A stretch of 64,000 nt of DNA from Takakia lepidozioides. Taxonomy: Eukaryota > Plantae > Bryophyta. Of this stretch, positions 22,661-35,079 are shown piece by piece (within the stretch, counting starts at the first letter, position 1; every line of letters starts with the position of its first letter). The translations under genes and the position numbers were made by a program. The stretch covers positions 38,068,001-38,132,000 of the forward strand of contig CM060734.1 of the NCBI GenBank assembly GCA_030704615.1, given 5' to 3'. The notes beneath the pieces are model-generated. The model saw only the letters and a program-made list of their open reading frames with translations. It had not been told where the DNA came from and ran no database searches.

Positions 22661-24904
22661 TACTACAAAATGGCTATGATGAGTCAGATAAGCGCGAGCT
22701 GACTGGGCCACACCAGTCCAGCCATTCTTTTAGTGGCGAATAATTGCCAGATTTCGACCTCGTGCGGGTCTTGGCGACAGGGGTAAAGGGAAATGAGGCT
22801 GAAAAATCATCACTTTTCGCCAGAAGCTAATATGATGGGCCCACCATTCGCTATAGGGGCCGCCACAGGGAAGCACATGGCGCCATATTGAGTGAAGAAA
22901 GTTTACAGCAGGAGCCAGATCCCACCGACCACGTGCATGACATCGCCGCATTCGCGGGAGACGTGGAGCCAGCTATGTTGCCCATTTTTGTACATATATA
23001 TATATATATATAGGTAAGTATAGTATAATCTGTATAGATAGACTTTGTAGTGAAATGTTTGTAACATGTGTATGGGTAGCTTAGTGGTAAACACCTCCTT
23101 TCCTAGCCAATCGCCTTGGTGTGGAATTCCTAACACCTCAACGCTTTTTTTATAGCAACCTTGGTTTGGATGATACAATTCCTAAATATGAAAAAAGTGG
23201 CTGCGGAGGAGGGCCAAAGGGTGATTGCAGAGGAGGATGATAATCAAAAGGGTGGCAGAGGGTGGAATGAGAATGTCATTTATTCATTGGGATGAAAGGG
23301 AACATGTCAGCAAGTTTAGGACAAAAAAACCTAAAACACACATCTTCTTCCTTCTTTCATTTTTTTCCTCTCCTCTCTTTAGGCCTTAGGGCTGGTTGCA
23401 AGTTGCATAGCCTGCTTTCGCATGCACTTTATGTTAGTATTAGTAATCACTCAAGGCTGCGATTAAAGAGAGCAAACATTGATACTTCTTATCTATGTGC
23501 CATGGAGCATTAGGCAGGGTCTTTTTGGGCCAGGGTTTCAATATAGCCACTTAGTGTAGATGACTGAAATGCAATATAAGCCAATTTGAGGTTTTCTACT
23601 TATGAATGGTGGTTTTAAATTTTTTTGGTGGTGTTTGCATAATTTCTGCCTAGTCTCCAATGATGCCTGAAAAACCCCTGCTAGGGGTTCAGGCCTCATT
23701 GGAGACTAGTTGCAGAATTCATTCCAAAACACCACCAAAATCTCATATTATCGCCAGCCATTTCCACTATGCATTTTGTACAAGCGCCAGACATGCTCCT
23801 CTAAGGTTCTAATGGATGCCATTGTTGTACATACCTTAAGAGAAACGCTGCACCAGTCCCCAGGGAGTGCCGGCAGTACGTCGACCGACATGAGGCAACC
23901 CGAGGCCGGGTTTGCCATTAAGGCACAGGAACTTGGGAAGTGGCGCATGGTCACGAGGCTCTTCGTAGTGGCGCATGCTCAAGAATTGGGGCAATGGCTG
24001 GCCTGACCCTTTTTTGTCACGAGGTTTTTGCTTAGCACTGGATCAAGGATGGGCTGACCCAAAAATAACCTTACACGTAGATGCCTACCTGGTCCTATAC
24101 AGTGCCTTTATAAGTTTTACGGACACTTGATGAGTGCTTAATGTAAGAGAGGACGGATCTGACACTTTTCACGGTCAGGATCGCGTCTGGAGGCGCAGAT
24201 GTGACGCACTATCTTGTCTGCAGTCATTTGCGCATCATCCTGGCCACCCCAGTATCTCCGGTCATCGATTTCCCCGCTGACAACACCTCGTCCTTTAAGA
24301 AGGAGATTCGAGGAAGACTAGGGCCCTGCAGTAAAGGCTGCTGACTGTAATGTCCGCTTTATTACAAAGAGATAAACTCAGCGTGGAAAGCGATTACCGG
24401 ATATACTGGGGTGCCCTGGATGATGCGCAATGACTGCAGACAAGCTAATCGATTACAGCGTCACATCTGCGCTCCTAGTCCAGACGCGATCCTGACCGTG
24501 AAAATCGTCAGATCCGTCCTCTCCACATTAAGGACTCATCAAGTGCGTGTAAAACTGTTAAAGCCACTTTTAGGGCCAGGTAGGCTTCAGCTGGGCATCA
24601 ATGTATTAAAGTGTTTTTGGGGTCAGCCCATCCTTGATCCATGTCTCCTAAGCAAAAACCTCGTGACAAAGGGATCAGGCCAGCCGTTAACTTTCCCCAC
24701 CTCTTAAACTCGCAATACGCAAGAGCCTCGTGAGCATGCGCACTTGCGCACTTCCCAAGTTCCTGTGCCTTAATGGGCCACTTGGCACACCCGGCCTCGG
24801 GTTGCCATCATGTTGGCCGACGTGCTGCCGGCAGTAGCAACATGCATTTGGACTGTGCCCGGTAGCTCACATTTATCTGACTCATCATAGCCATTTGTAG
24901 TACC
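22660..24904. repeat. Long imperfect inverted repeat (fold-back)
   Basis: 23868-24280 is the reverse complement of 24378-24833, with a ~97-nt loop. 22660-22718 pairs with ~24850-24904 once the hAT insertion is removed. Confidence 0.9.
22719..23850. mobile_element. Non-autonomous hAT element, 1132 bp
   Basis: 8-bp TSD CACCAGTC (22711-22718 and 23851-23858). TIR CAGCCATTCTTTTA / CAGCGTTTCTCTTA (11/14 match). The empty site is present in the paralog at ~61081-61111. Confidence 0.88.
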
Positions 24905-25279
24905 GAGGATAAGCCTGTTGTCACTGTCACTTGTCAGCGTAGGGCCTCCTGAGCCCCTCTTGACAGGTGATGCTGGATTGTAATATGGATATCCCAAATC
25001 CAGCATGTGGACCGTACGGTTGCACTGCAGCTTGAAGGTGTGAAATGCCTCTCATTGTTTGATAATTGGGATTTGAACGAGAGCACGTGTGGTTGTGGCG
25101 GGGCCCGCGTGTGGCGCAGGGGAAGAAAGAGGGAGCGAGTCTGTTGGGCCCACAAAACGCCTCAAGATATGTAGGTAAATAATTAATTATTTCAAGCGTT
25201 TGTAGAAAGCACCAGCTAGTGTGATGGTAAATGGTAATTTGTGACGAATGGGAGGTCTGTTACTCGAATCCTGGCAGGT

Positions 25280-26106
25280 GACATTGTGGCATTAATGTGT
25301 GTGTTAATTATAAATATATATTTTGTTTGAAGAGGGTATGAAGGTTGGAGTTAGGCGCTCGCCAGTTGGAGTCCATTGTTGGTCAGTCCACTCGCCAGCC
25401 AATCGTCAGTCCGCCGGTCAGTCCGCTCGTCACTCGCCAGTCTGCTGGTCAGTCCGCTCGCCAGTTGGAATCAGACTCTTGAGGGTTTGGCTAGTCTGCT
25501 AGAAGGTCAGTCGCCGTTAAAGAACTAGGATTTGGAAAAAATTCAGAATCTAGACCCGGTGAAAGGGGGGTGGGTTCATCACCCCATGGGCCGTACTGGC
25601 GGGGCCCATAGGTGCATTCAAGTCCCAATTATTAAAAAATGAGAGGAGTGTGAAAGCGCCTCTCCATTTTATGCGGCGGTCCTAATATAGAGACGTTGGA
25701 CATTGTGGCATTAATGTGTGTGTTAATTATAAATATATATTTTGTTTGAAGAGGGTATGAAGGTTGGAGTTAGGCGCTCGCCAGTTGGAGTCCATTGTTG
25801 GTCAGTCCACTCGCCAGCCAATCGTCAGTCCGCTCGTCACTCGCCAGTCTGCTGGTCAGTCCGCTCGCCAGTTGGAATCAGACTCTTGAGGGTTTGGCTA
25901 GTCTGCTAGAAGGTCAGTCGCCGTTAAAGAACTAGGATTTGGAAAAAATTCAGAATCTAGACCCGGTGAAAGGGGGGTGGGTTCATCACCCCATGGGCCG
26001 TACTGGCGGGGCCCATAGGTGCATTCAAGTCCCAATTATTAAAAAATGAGAGGAGTGTGAAAGCGCCTCTCCATTTTATGCGGCGGTCCTAATATAGAGA
26101 CGTTGG
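25280..26106 (+). repeat. Near-perfect tandem duplication, ~420 bp x2
   Basis: GACATTGTGGCATTAATGTG...CCTAATATAGAGACGTTGG occurs twice. The second copy lacks 12 bp. Confidence 0.93.
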
Positions 26107-26157
26107 TCGGGTGGTGGGCCCACCTCTCATTCACAGACGAGCAAAGGACTTCGACGT

Positions 26158-26472
26158 TTTTTTGGCTTAGGAAATTTACAACTTGATCCATGCAGGTAGT
26201 TACAAGAGTTCCTGCATGGAGATAGAATAGGCTAAACTGCCTCCATGCAAATAATCACAAACTACGTACGTGGAGATAAAGATAAAGATAAAGATAAAGA
26301 TTCTTTAACGATAGTCCCAATTTTTGGCTTAGGAAATTTACAACTTGCTCCATGCAGGTAGTTACAAGAGTTCATGCAGGGAGGTAGAATAGGCTAAACT
26401 GCCTCCATGCAAATAATCACAAACTACGTACATGGAGATAAAGATAAAGATTCTTTAACGATAGTCCCAATC
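26158..26472 (+). repeat. Tandem repeat, ~150-165 bp x2
   Basis: TTTTTGGCTTAGGAAATTTACAACTTG..TTCTTTAACGATAGTCCCAAT occurs twice, differing in the number of GATAAA units. A related inverted sequence is at ~56925-56965. Confidence 0.9.
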
Positions 26473-27116
26473 AAGGTGCACATTAGAAAAGGCCCGGGAG
26501 TTTAATGCGACCCCTTCGGTCCTGCCTGCGTGGCACCCCCGCCACCCCAGCCGCACCCCCTTCTGCGCGGCTCGCGGTCGTTGCGCCCCGGCGCCAGCCC
26601 ACCCCTCACGCCCCCCCCCCCCCCCCCCCCCCCCGGCACCCCGCACCCCCTGCCCGCCCGCCCTCCCCGCCCCCCCCCCGCCGCCGGCCCGTCACCACAC
26701 CACAAGAACTCTGTGGCACATGACACCTGTCACCACAACCCAACATCGCGCGCGGGACACATCGTGAGTCGAAAACATGGATCCATACATGGCAGATGAC
26801 ACATACATGATGGTCACGAAAGTCACATGATGACCATAGGCGTGAAGCCCTCACATATGCATGTATACACAAGGTTGTACATGTTCAAATTTCAAAATTC
26901 AAATTTGAAATTTAGTATATTTTATGATTGGGTACTTCTAGGATTTAGGATGGATGTATGTAGGTACGGATGGATGAGACCAGGAAGTATGTGTAATGAG
27001 AGGCAACCTCCAATCGTCACCTTCCTTTCATGGTCCTCTCAAACTGTTCTGACCACGAAAGCACAACGTGCAGCCAGTACCAACCGTGCCTCAGGTCCCT
27101 AAAATTGCGCCACGAT

Positions 27117-28072
27117 ATGTCTGTTGCCGAGAATGAAGAAAACATTGCATTCCATCTTGTTTTGCTTCTTCGAAACCAAGTTCAAATGCCCAGTGTAGGT
27201 GCTTTTAACCATCATGTACTGCAGTGGCGTTTCCAATGGCATGGCAAGCCTCCTGGCCAAAACTCTGCCGAAGTCGCCTACATTCCCTGGAATCGAGTTG
27301 CTGATTTCATTACAGGGGAGTCTTCCCGTTCAGATGGCCCATGCACTTTCAGCAGGCATCAGCAAAGATGCCATCCAGAGGGGTCTCTCTTAGCTCCTCA
27401 CAGCAACAGTGCCAGGACTACAACAAGGTACATTGGGCTGCAGGTCATGGGTTGCAAGGGCTACTGAATGATTTCCATGAATGTCCAAGTGCCTGAATTG
27501 TTCCCTCTTGGAGGTTACCCCTGCAATGGCACACAAGAAATGCCGAGTGAAGCCTGCAAAGAAGAAGGGGAGGAAGCCCAGAGCCACGGCCGCTTCCACT
27601 GAAGCAAAGCCAAAACAAATGAGGACCACACAAACAAAATCGGGTGAAGGCATCAAGAGGGGATGCATGTGCAGGTTTGTAGTGAAGCAATGTTATGTGG
27701 ACCCTGATATTGCAGAGCTGGTCTATTATGAAAAGAGACATGTGAATGGGGCTGGACAGGTCTGCCATGGACCTGCGCATCAAGTAGGTCGCGTTTCATT
27801 AGTTCCCCACCTGAGCGATGAGATGAAATCATGGGTGTTACAAAACCTCCGTCTCGGACTAAGCATCAACAAGATAATGGCCAAGCACACGCAGAGGGTG
27901 AGGGAAATCATGGATGGGGGGTTCGAGGTTACTCGTGACACCTTCCTTCTTTCAAATGACATCCGAAATATTGCTAACAAGTGCGATGAAGAAACATTCA
28001 AAAAGCATTCCAATGATGCACAAAGTGTCCGAATGTGGGTGCATGAAAACGCAGGAAGCGTTTTCTACTACC
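27117..28072 (+). pseudogene. N-terminal part of a second MULE-type transposase (plant SWIM-family type), truncated
   Basis: AYIPWNRVADFITGES, KRGCMCRFVVK..HVNGAGQVCHG..PHLSDEMK..RDTFL..DAQSVRMWV..VFYY. Preceded by a GC-rich/poly-C end region (~26500-26700). Confidence 0.75.
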
Positions 28073-28860
28073 TTTGCATGGACAGCTGATTGTCAACAGG
28101 CTTTTGAGGAACTTACATTGTCAGTAACAACTACACCTGTGCTGATTAACCCTCACTGGCATGTAGTATTTCATGTTCACTGTGATGCCTCAGGAGAAGC
28201 ATTGGGAGCAATGTTAGCCCAAAATGTTACAGGAAACATAGATTCACTTGTGTACTATGCTAGCAGGTTGATGAACAGTGCTGAAAGGAACTATAGCACA
28301 ACTGAAAAAGAGGCGTTGGCAATGATTTATGCAGTCAAGAAATTCAGGCATTACCTATTGGGAAGGAAGTTTATGTTTTATGTGGATCATCAGGCTTTAG
28401 TTTATCTGGTGAACAAGCCTTTGATAAGTGGCAGGATAACAAGATGGTTAATAATCTTGCACGAGTTTGAGTTTGAAGTTGTTTACAAGCCTGGCCATTT
28501 GCATCTTGTGGCAGATCACTTGTCATGCCTACCAACAGGAGAGGCCGCCATGGGAGTAGACAACCAACTACCTGATGCGAGTTTATTTACAGTGGAGGTG
28601 CAGGGAAGTGCAGATGATTGGTTAGATTGGCAGTGGCCAATCAGATACTACCTTACTCATGGTCAGTGCCCACCTAGTTATGGGAGGGAGCAGAGGAAGA
28701 GAATAGCTATCAAGGCTTTACCTTACACTATGATAGGGGGCATCATGTATAAGCTAGGACCTGATGGAGTTCTTAAACGATGCTTGTACCACCATGAAGT
28801 AAATAAAATTTTGGAGGAAGTTCATAAAGGAGTGGCTGGAGGTCATTTTGGAGAAGAGAC
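28073..28860 (+). pseudogene. Inverted RT C-terminus / RNase H / integrase-start fragment of Gypsy family B
   Basis: FAWTADCQQAF..HCDASG..YYASR..EKEALA..VDHQAL..HKGVAGGHFG on the + strand, while the rest of element B is on the - strand. Confidence 0.88.
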
Positions 28861-29570
28861 TACATCTTTCTTCAGAAGCTTGTTCAATGGCGCTGCTATC
28901 TGTGCATACCGTCTGACAAATCTTCTGTAATAACTGGTTTGTCCAAGGAATCTCCTTAGACTCTTAACATTTCCTGGTGGTGGAGAGGCTTTAATAGCCT
29001 CTGTCTTTCTGGGATCCACAAGCAGTCCCCTCTTACACACAATGTGTCCCAAAAGTAACCCTGAGTTCACACAGAAAGTACACTTCTCCGGATTCAGGCC
29101 CAAACCTCTCATCCTGCATCTGACCAAACATAACTCCAATTTATGCAAGTGCTCATTCTTAGAACTGTGAAGTCATCTAAGAACACCTGCATGAAATCAT
29201 CCAGATACTCATGGAAAGATTCACTTATCACTCTCTGAAAAGTTGCTGGTGCATTACAAAGTCCAAAAGGCATGACTTTGTATGCATAGGCACTCCAGTC
29301 TGTGATGAAAGCTGTCTTTCCCTGGTCTTCTTCTGCCACTTGCACTTGGTTATACCCACTGAAGCCATCCATGAATGAGTACATCTCATGGCCTGCCACA
29401 GTGTCCAATACCACTTCTGTGAATGGCAAATGGAAGGGATCTTTCTTTGTACAAGCATTAAACTTCTTATAGTTCACACAAACTCTTAGTTTACCATTCT
29501 TCTTGGGAATTATCACAATGGTGACAACCAAGTTGTATACTCTATCGGGTATATAAACTTAGCCTCAGCC
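28861..29570 (-). pseudogene. Reverse transcriptase core of Gypsy family B (frameshifted)
   Basis: KKNGKLRVCV, FMDGFSGYNQ, MPFGLCNAPATFQR, FLDDF, FLGQTSYYRRF. Confidence 0.92.
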
Positions 29571-30577
29571 AACAACAACATTGCTTGCGATCGCTCATGA
29601 TGCCGCTTTTGGCATCACCTTGAGCAAGGGTTCACCTGGAACCCTCTTTGACTAGGAAGATAACCTTGAACCAACCGTGCGCCCCAATCACTACAATTGG
29701 GTCCACCTTGGAATGTTGGCCTGAGGTACGGGAACACGCCGAAGCCGCACTACGACTTCGTCCCGAGGCTACACGATTATAGTACGTGAACGGAAGCACG
29801 TAGCTTCCGCGTTAGCCCGCACTACAAGGCCACCCCCTCGGTAGCGCAGTTATAGTACGCGCACGCGTCAGGTGCGCACTAGCACGTGAACTCCCAAAGA
29901 AAGCGCAAGTTTCCTTGCCCCTTGGATGGGAGTCACCCGATTTCGGCACTACGCAAACACACGATTAACCCAATTTACCTCTCCCACTTTTATAAGCTAG
30001 CATGCATTCTACACACTAGCCAACCATACCATGCATCATCATTCCAAACAAATATGACGCACAACATTTGGAACCCATTTCCTTTATAACAAAATTTTGT
30101 ACAATACAAGTTTTTGTAATCGGATTCCTAAGCTAGCTAAGCCGGGCTAAGCATGCATTTCCTCCCCCACACTCCAAGGTTGATGTCCCCATCAACGCTT
30201 CTTCCGCTTTTGAGGTCGCCCTTCGAAAGCTGCAACCGCCTCGGATGCGTTTCCCATTTCTGAGGCACACACCCAAGATGCCTCCACATGATGATAGCCC
30301 TTCCATTTGACGAGATACTCCGTTTCTCGGTTCCTGAACCTCCTCGACTTAAGTATTGCCTCCACCTCGTACTCAGGTTCATTTTCATGATCCAACAACA
30401 TAGGTGGCGGACGCAACACTTGATGCCGATTCGGACGCGCTTCATCTTTGAAGTAAGGCTTCAAAAGGGAGACATGGAATACTGGGTGCACCTTGCTGTT
30501 TGCCGGCAGCTCCAATTCATACACATCCTCATTCATAACCTTCCGAATGCGAAATGGTCCCGCATACGGAGGCCCAA
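29571..30577 (-). mobile_element. Chromovirus 3' fragment (GPY/F + chromodomain + PPT + partial 3' LTR) lodged in family B RT
   Basis: YAGPF..HPVFHVSLLKPY..YEVEAIL..YLVKWKGY..SW, stop at 30192, then PPT GTGGGGGAGGAAA and TG at ~30157. Confidence 0.85.
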
Positions 30578-33500
30578 CCTTCTGTGCATAGTTGGGATTC
30601 ATTCTGTACCTCGCCTGTTTGATTGGTACTGACCCTGGTTCCAGTTCAATCTTATGATGACAGATCTCTGGTGGTATCCCTTTCAGATCCTCATAGCTCC
30701 AAGCAAATACATCTCTATATTTGATGAACAGACTCTTAGCTTCCTCAAAGAATTCTGGTTCCAAGTCAGCCCCTACTTTCACCATTCTCGGTTCCTCCTC
30801 AGTTCCCACATTCACTTCTCTCACCTGCTCATCAGCTGTGATTGTCCAACCAGTCACTACTTCATCCTGCAAACTCACAGTGGTTGGTTCTTCTAGGATT
30901 TCCATTTCTCCCTCTCTTTCTTCATAGAAATGTGGTGGGTAACTGCTTGTTTCACCCTCAATTGGTGTTGCTGTCACTACACCACAGCAGATACCTTTTA
31001 AACAACTTAGGCCCTCCAGTTGCATTTCTGCAACCTGCTCCCAACAGGGTAGCTTCTTGCTCCTCATCAAGTCCTTTTCTCCAGTCATACTCTTTGACTC
31101 TTTGAGGTCTTCTCGCAGCAGGTAGTCTACTAGATTTCTTAGTGGTGATTTGTATCTTGCACTTCCCATCATGCACAGTTAGTAACTGGGAATTCCAGTC
31201 ATGGAATACCCTGGCCTGTTTCAGCCATGGTCGACCCAGTAATAAGGAGTAGGCTTCCATGACATTATCCATTTTCAATACAGTCACTGTGATCTTAAAG
31301 ATCATCTTTTGAATCTGTATCTTAACTCTTCTTATTAAGCCTAATGGCTGAACACTTCTTTGATCTGCCATTGTTACTGTGAATGGGGCTGGTTTCATGT
31401 TACTTAGAACAAGCTTCTGCCTTAATTGGTCTGTTATGATATTCACTCTAGAGCCTCCATCTATCAGTACATCAGTCAAGTCTGTGCTTCCAATTCTCAA
31501 TTGGATTACTAGCATAGAATCATCAAAGTCCATGACTGTTTCTCGCCCTTCTGGCTTCACAGTATAGCTTGTCACCTTGCTCTTCAGGTATGTGTTCCCT
31601 GTCACATGGGCAATCTGATTAATTGCTTGATACAGCCTGTGCCTACAATGAGGTGCCACAGCCAGTAGCTGTCCAATGGTAATCTCCGCTTTGGACTGAC
31701 ATATCACTTCGGCCAAAGTCCCTTCATTACCCTGCACTTGTGCAACTTCTTCACTCACTTCATCTTCTCTTTCAGAATCAGAGGAATCTGCCATAGGGAT
31801 ATCAATACTCTTCTGCATTTCCCTTATGGTTTCAGCCACTTCCTTGTGTAGTTCCTTCTCATCTCTCCAAGCCTCATCATCTTCAGGCACATCACCGCCA
31901 TCCTCATTATCATCATCTTCCTCATCTACTGGAGGTATTAGTTTAGCTTTGCTTCTAGTTACTATCATCGTACTCACTTCTGGTACAAAACATGGCCTAA
32001 CCATGTGAGCTGCCACCACTGGGCCCTCATTCACAGGAGCTCTCATCTCATTTTGGTGTCTGATCCAGATCGGACAGGCTGCCTTGCGATGTCCTGCCTG
32101 ATTACAATAGTAACACAGTTCTTCACCATTGCGTCCTCGACCTTGATCTGCTCTGGGATTATTTCTATAATCCTGATTCCCTGGCTGATAATTACCCCTT
32201 GGATTACCCTGATAGTTGCCCCTGGGATTGCCTTGGTAATTCCCTCTTGGATTACCTCTTCCTTCTATACCATTGTTATAACCACCACGCCTACCATAGT
32301 GGTTCTGATCACTGTTTCTTCTTGGCTGGGGCTGCACTTGATGCACCCTTACTTGCCTAGGTTCTCTTGCAGCTGTCCTTCTGTTGTAATAACAATTCTC
32401 AGTGAAATGGTTATCCATTTTACAGATAGTACAGTGTTTCTCCTTCATATGGCATTCAGCTGTGGTATGGCCTTCATTCTGGCATTTTGCACACCAAACA
32501 CCCTTCCTCCAATGTGTTGCAGCCTCTGTGGCATACTTCTTCAAGATCTCTTCCAATCTTTTCTCATAGTTATCCCTCTTCAACTTTTCATTCTTCTTAC
32601 TCTTCCTCTTGAGCTCTTGCTCTTCTTCCTCATCTGACTCCTCCTCAGAGTTCTCATCCTCATTTTTCTCTCTCCTGAGCATTCCCAATTGCTCAATTCT
32701 GTTAGCTGTTTCAAATGCCTCCTCCACTGTATTATGGGGTAGCATATCCACTTTCTTTTGCAACTCTGGTCTTAGTCCATTCATAAACCAAGTCTTTCTG
32801 TAACCCTGGTGCTAGTACAGCAGCCAACTTTTTCATCATCAATTCCATCTTTTCCATGTACTCTTCAACAATTTCATACTTCTTTTGCTTTAACTATTGT
32901 AAACTTCCATACACTTCATCCTCAGTTTTACTTGTCCTGAACATATTTCGGAATGCTGTACTTAAGCCATTCCAGGTTAGGAAATGATTATCAGGGAATC
33001 TTGCATACCATTCACTTGCTTTCTTTATAAGTGAACAAGGAAATAATCTCATTTTGGCATCATCGTCATTCTCATTGTTCACAATACACATGTGCTCAAA
33101 TTGGCTGATGTGTACATCAGGATCCCCTTTTCCTGCATATATTGGAAAATGTGGTTTTGCCCGTGTTGGTTGTAATGCCATCTGTGGCCCTACCCCCTGC
33201 CCACTGACAGGTGCTGGCCCCCCTGCTGGTGCTGGTCCTTGAGGACCTGTTGTAGTTGTGGTGGAACTTCCACCAAGTGCTGGCCCCTGAGCACTCCCTG
33301 CTACTGGCCCCACTATATTCACAGTATTCCCAGCTCCAGTTGCACTACTTCCCACACTCCTTGTCCCCCCAGAGCCAGATCCAGATCCAGGCTACCTGCC
33401 TGATCCCCCTGAGCCGACACCTTCGTTGGCCTGTGATCCAAGTGCTCCACTTGATCCAGGTCCAACAGGTTGGGATGTCCTGGTTGTAGTCTCAACCTCA

Positions 33501-34000
33501 ACTGTTGGGTCTACTTCTTCATACTCTTCATCTTCCAATTTCTTCTCTCTGTTTTCATCTTCCAAGTTATGCCCTTGGGTTTCTTCTTCTTCACTCATGT
33601 AACTCAACTGAAGTGATGTGGGAGAGTCTGAACTCTCCGTTGGCTCTACCACATCCTCCTCTCCTTCCTAGCCTTGTGCCTCAGAAACTGGAGTTCCTGC
33701 TTTTGGTGTTCCATGCCAACTCTGATCAAAGATTTCCGTCAAATCTTTAATCCAGGGGTGTACCTCAGATCTTTCACCTCGTGGTTGATCTTCTTCCTGT
33801 ACCAATTCTCTTAATCTTTCTTGTAAAGAATAAGAAGGAGTAGCATCCAACTCTAGTTCTTCCGGTATGGGTGATGTACTCTTTGATCTTAACGGTGTGA
33901 GAGGTCCAGATGATTCCCTTATATCTATTCCTCTCTCCCAAAGATATGGATAATAGCTTTCAGATAACTTTCTCTTTTTGCTGAATATCTCTGGAGTCTA
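30578..34000 (-). pseudogene. Gypsy family B gag-protease-RT start, decayed
   Basis: YAGKGDPDVHI..LFPCSL..A.EWY gag motif, CCHC knuckles, an 8-aa GNPRGNYQ repeat x3, protease LIDGGS..LLLGRPWL, DVFAWSYEDLKGI..YRMNP. Confidence 0.9.
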
Positions 34001-34040
34001 GCTTCTCTTTCATCACTCATGTCCCATGCCTTTCATATCT

Positions 34041-34560
34041 TTAATGAGGCAATAACCAAAACTGTCTTCTGTAGTATCTCTCGTATATGCCTGGATTTCT
34101 TTCAAGCTTCAATACACTTTTGGCTATACTAGAAGTCTCCGTTACCATATAACCATATGGCAAACAAGTCTGAAAAGTTGTTCTTGGTGTGAGTTTGATC
34201 CACAGAATATCCTTAGGAATCCAATTCTTTACCAGTACAAGCTCTTCATGCATATGAGTGTAAACATTCACTTTCCTTTCCTCCCAGCCTTCAAACTCTA
34301 CTCGCTTAATGGATAGCAACGTTATCACATAAACCAGTGTTGGTAACCAACGTGCTCTCCCTCTACAGGCCACCTGATAAATCTTTATCACTCCTTTCTC
34401 CAGACCCCACTTAGGGTCAGCTTCATGCACTCTCTTAAGAATGTTTTCTTTACAACCGTCTGGCAATTCCAAGAACCTCTGAAAGAATTGTTTGGACAAT
34501 CTTTCCTTCTCAGTTCCACAGGGAATTTGATTCACATCAAATTATTTAATTCTCCAACCA
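34041..34560 (-). CDS. Accessory ORF0 upstream of gag in Gypsy family B (164-aa open part; one upstream stop)
   Basis: FLELPDGCKENILKRVHEADPKWGLEKGVI..WLPTLVYVITLLSIKRV..WIPKDIL. Homologous to 40680-41120 and 3-200. Confidence 0.7.
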
Positions 34561-35079
34561 CCATGATCCCACCAGATGCCTGTCACATCTGGTTGTTCAT
34601 GACCCGAGCGGCTTTTACTCACCCATCCCTTTGCTATCCGAGGCGGAAACTCCAAGATAGAAGAGTTGGATATCTCTAAACACTCAGCCCGCTCAGAACA
34701 ATCAGTCATGACCTACAGCTAGTGAATCATGGTTGTGCTTCCTATTTGTATTTCTTCTTGCCTTCATGTTAGCCAATTACCTTACTGTGCATACTGAAGC
34801 ATCAGATTGCTTCAGTATCTATCAAGTTCCAATCAATCATTCATTCATTCCACAACTTCACTCTTGTCTCTCTACACAGTGTATTTGTATCGAGTTAGTA
34901 TCAGATTATGATTTATCAAGTATCAGGCCAATGCCATGATGTCCCTAATCTACCCTACTGTATGTTTCTACAGCTTGCATGAATTAAGTCTCAATCAAGT
35001 CATCATTTCCTCTTCACTGTTTCCGCTCTCCGTTTCGTCTCCTCTTCCTCTGACCAAGTCGCGCTCTCCAAGAAGTGAT

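Noticed and set aside
26455-26872. Gly/Pro-rich protein ORFs
   Set aside because: Artefacts of poly-C/GC-rich sequence at a probable transposon end.
27914-28930. A standalone 338-aa RNase H gene
   Set aside because: Its N- and C-terminal parts are off-frame MULE sequence and antisense RT. The core is an inverted TE fragment.
30192-31172. A genuine 326-aa chromodomain gene
   Set aside because: It is an in-frame junction of family B pol and a chromovirus 3' end.
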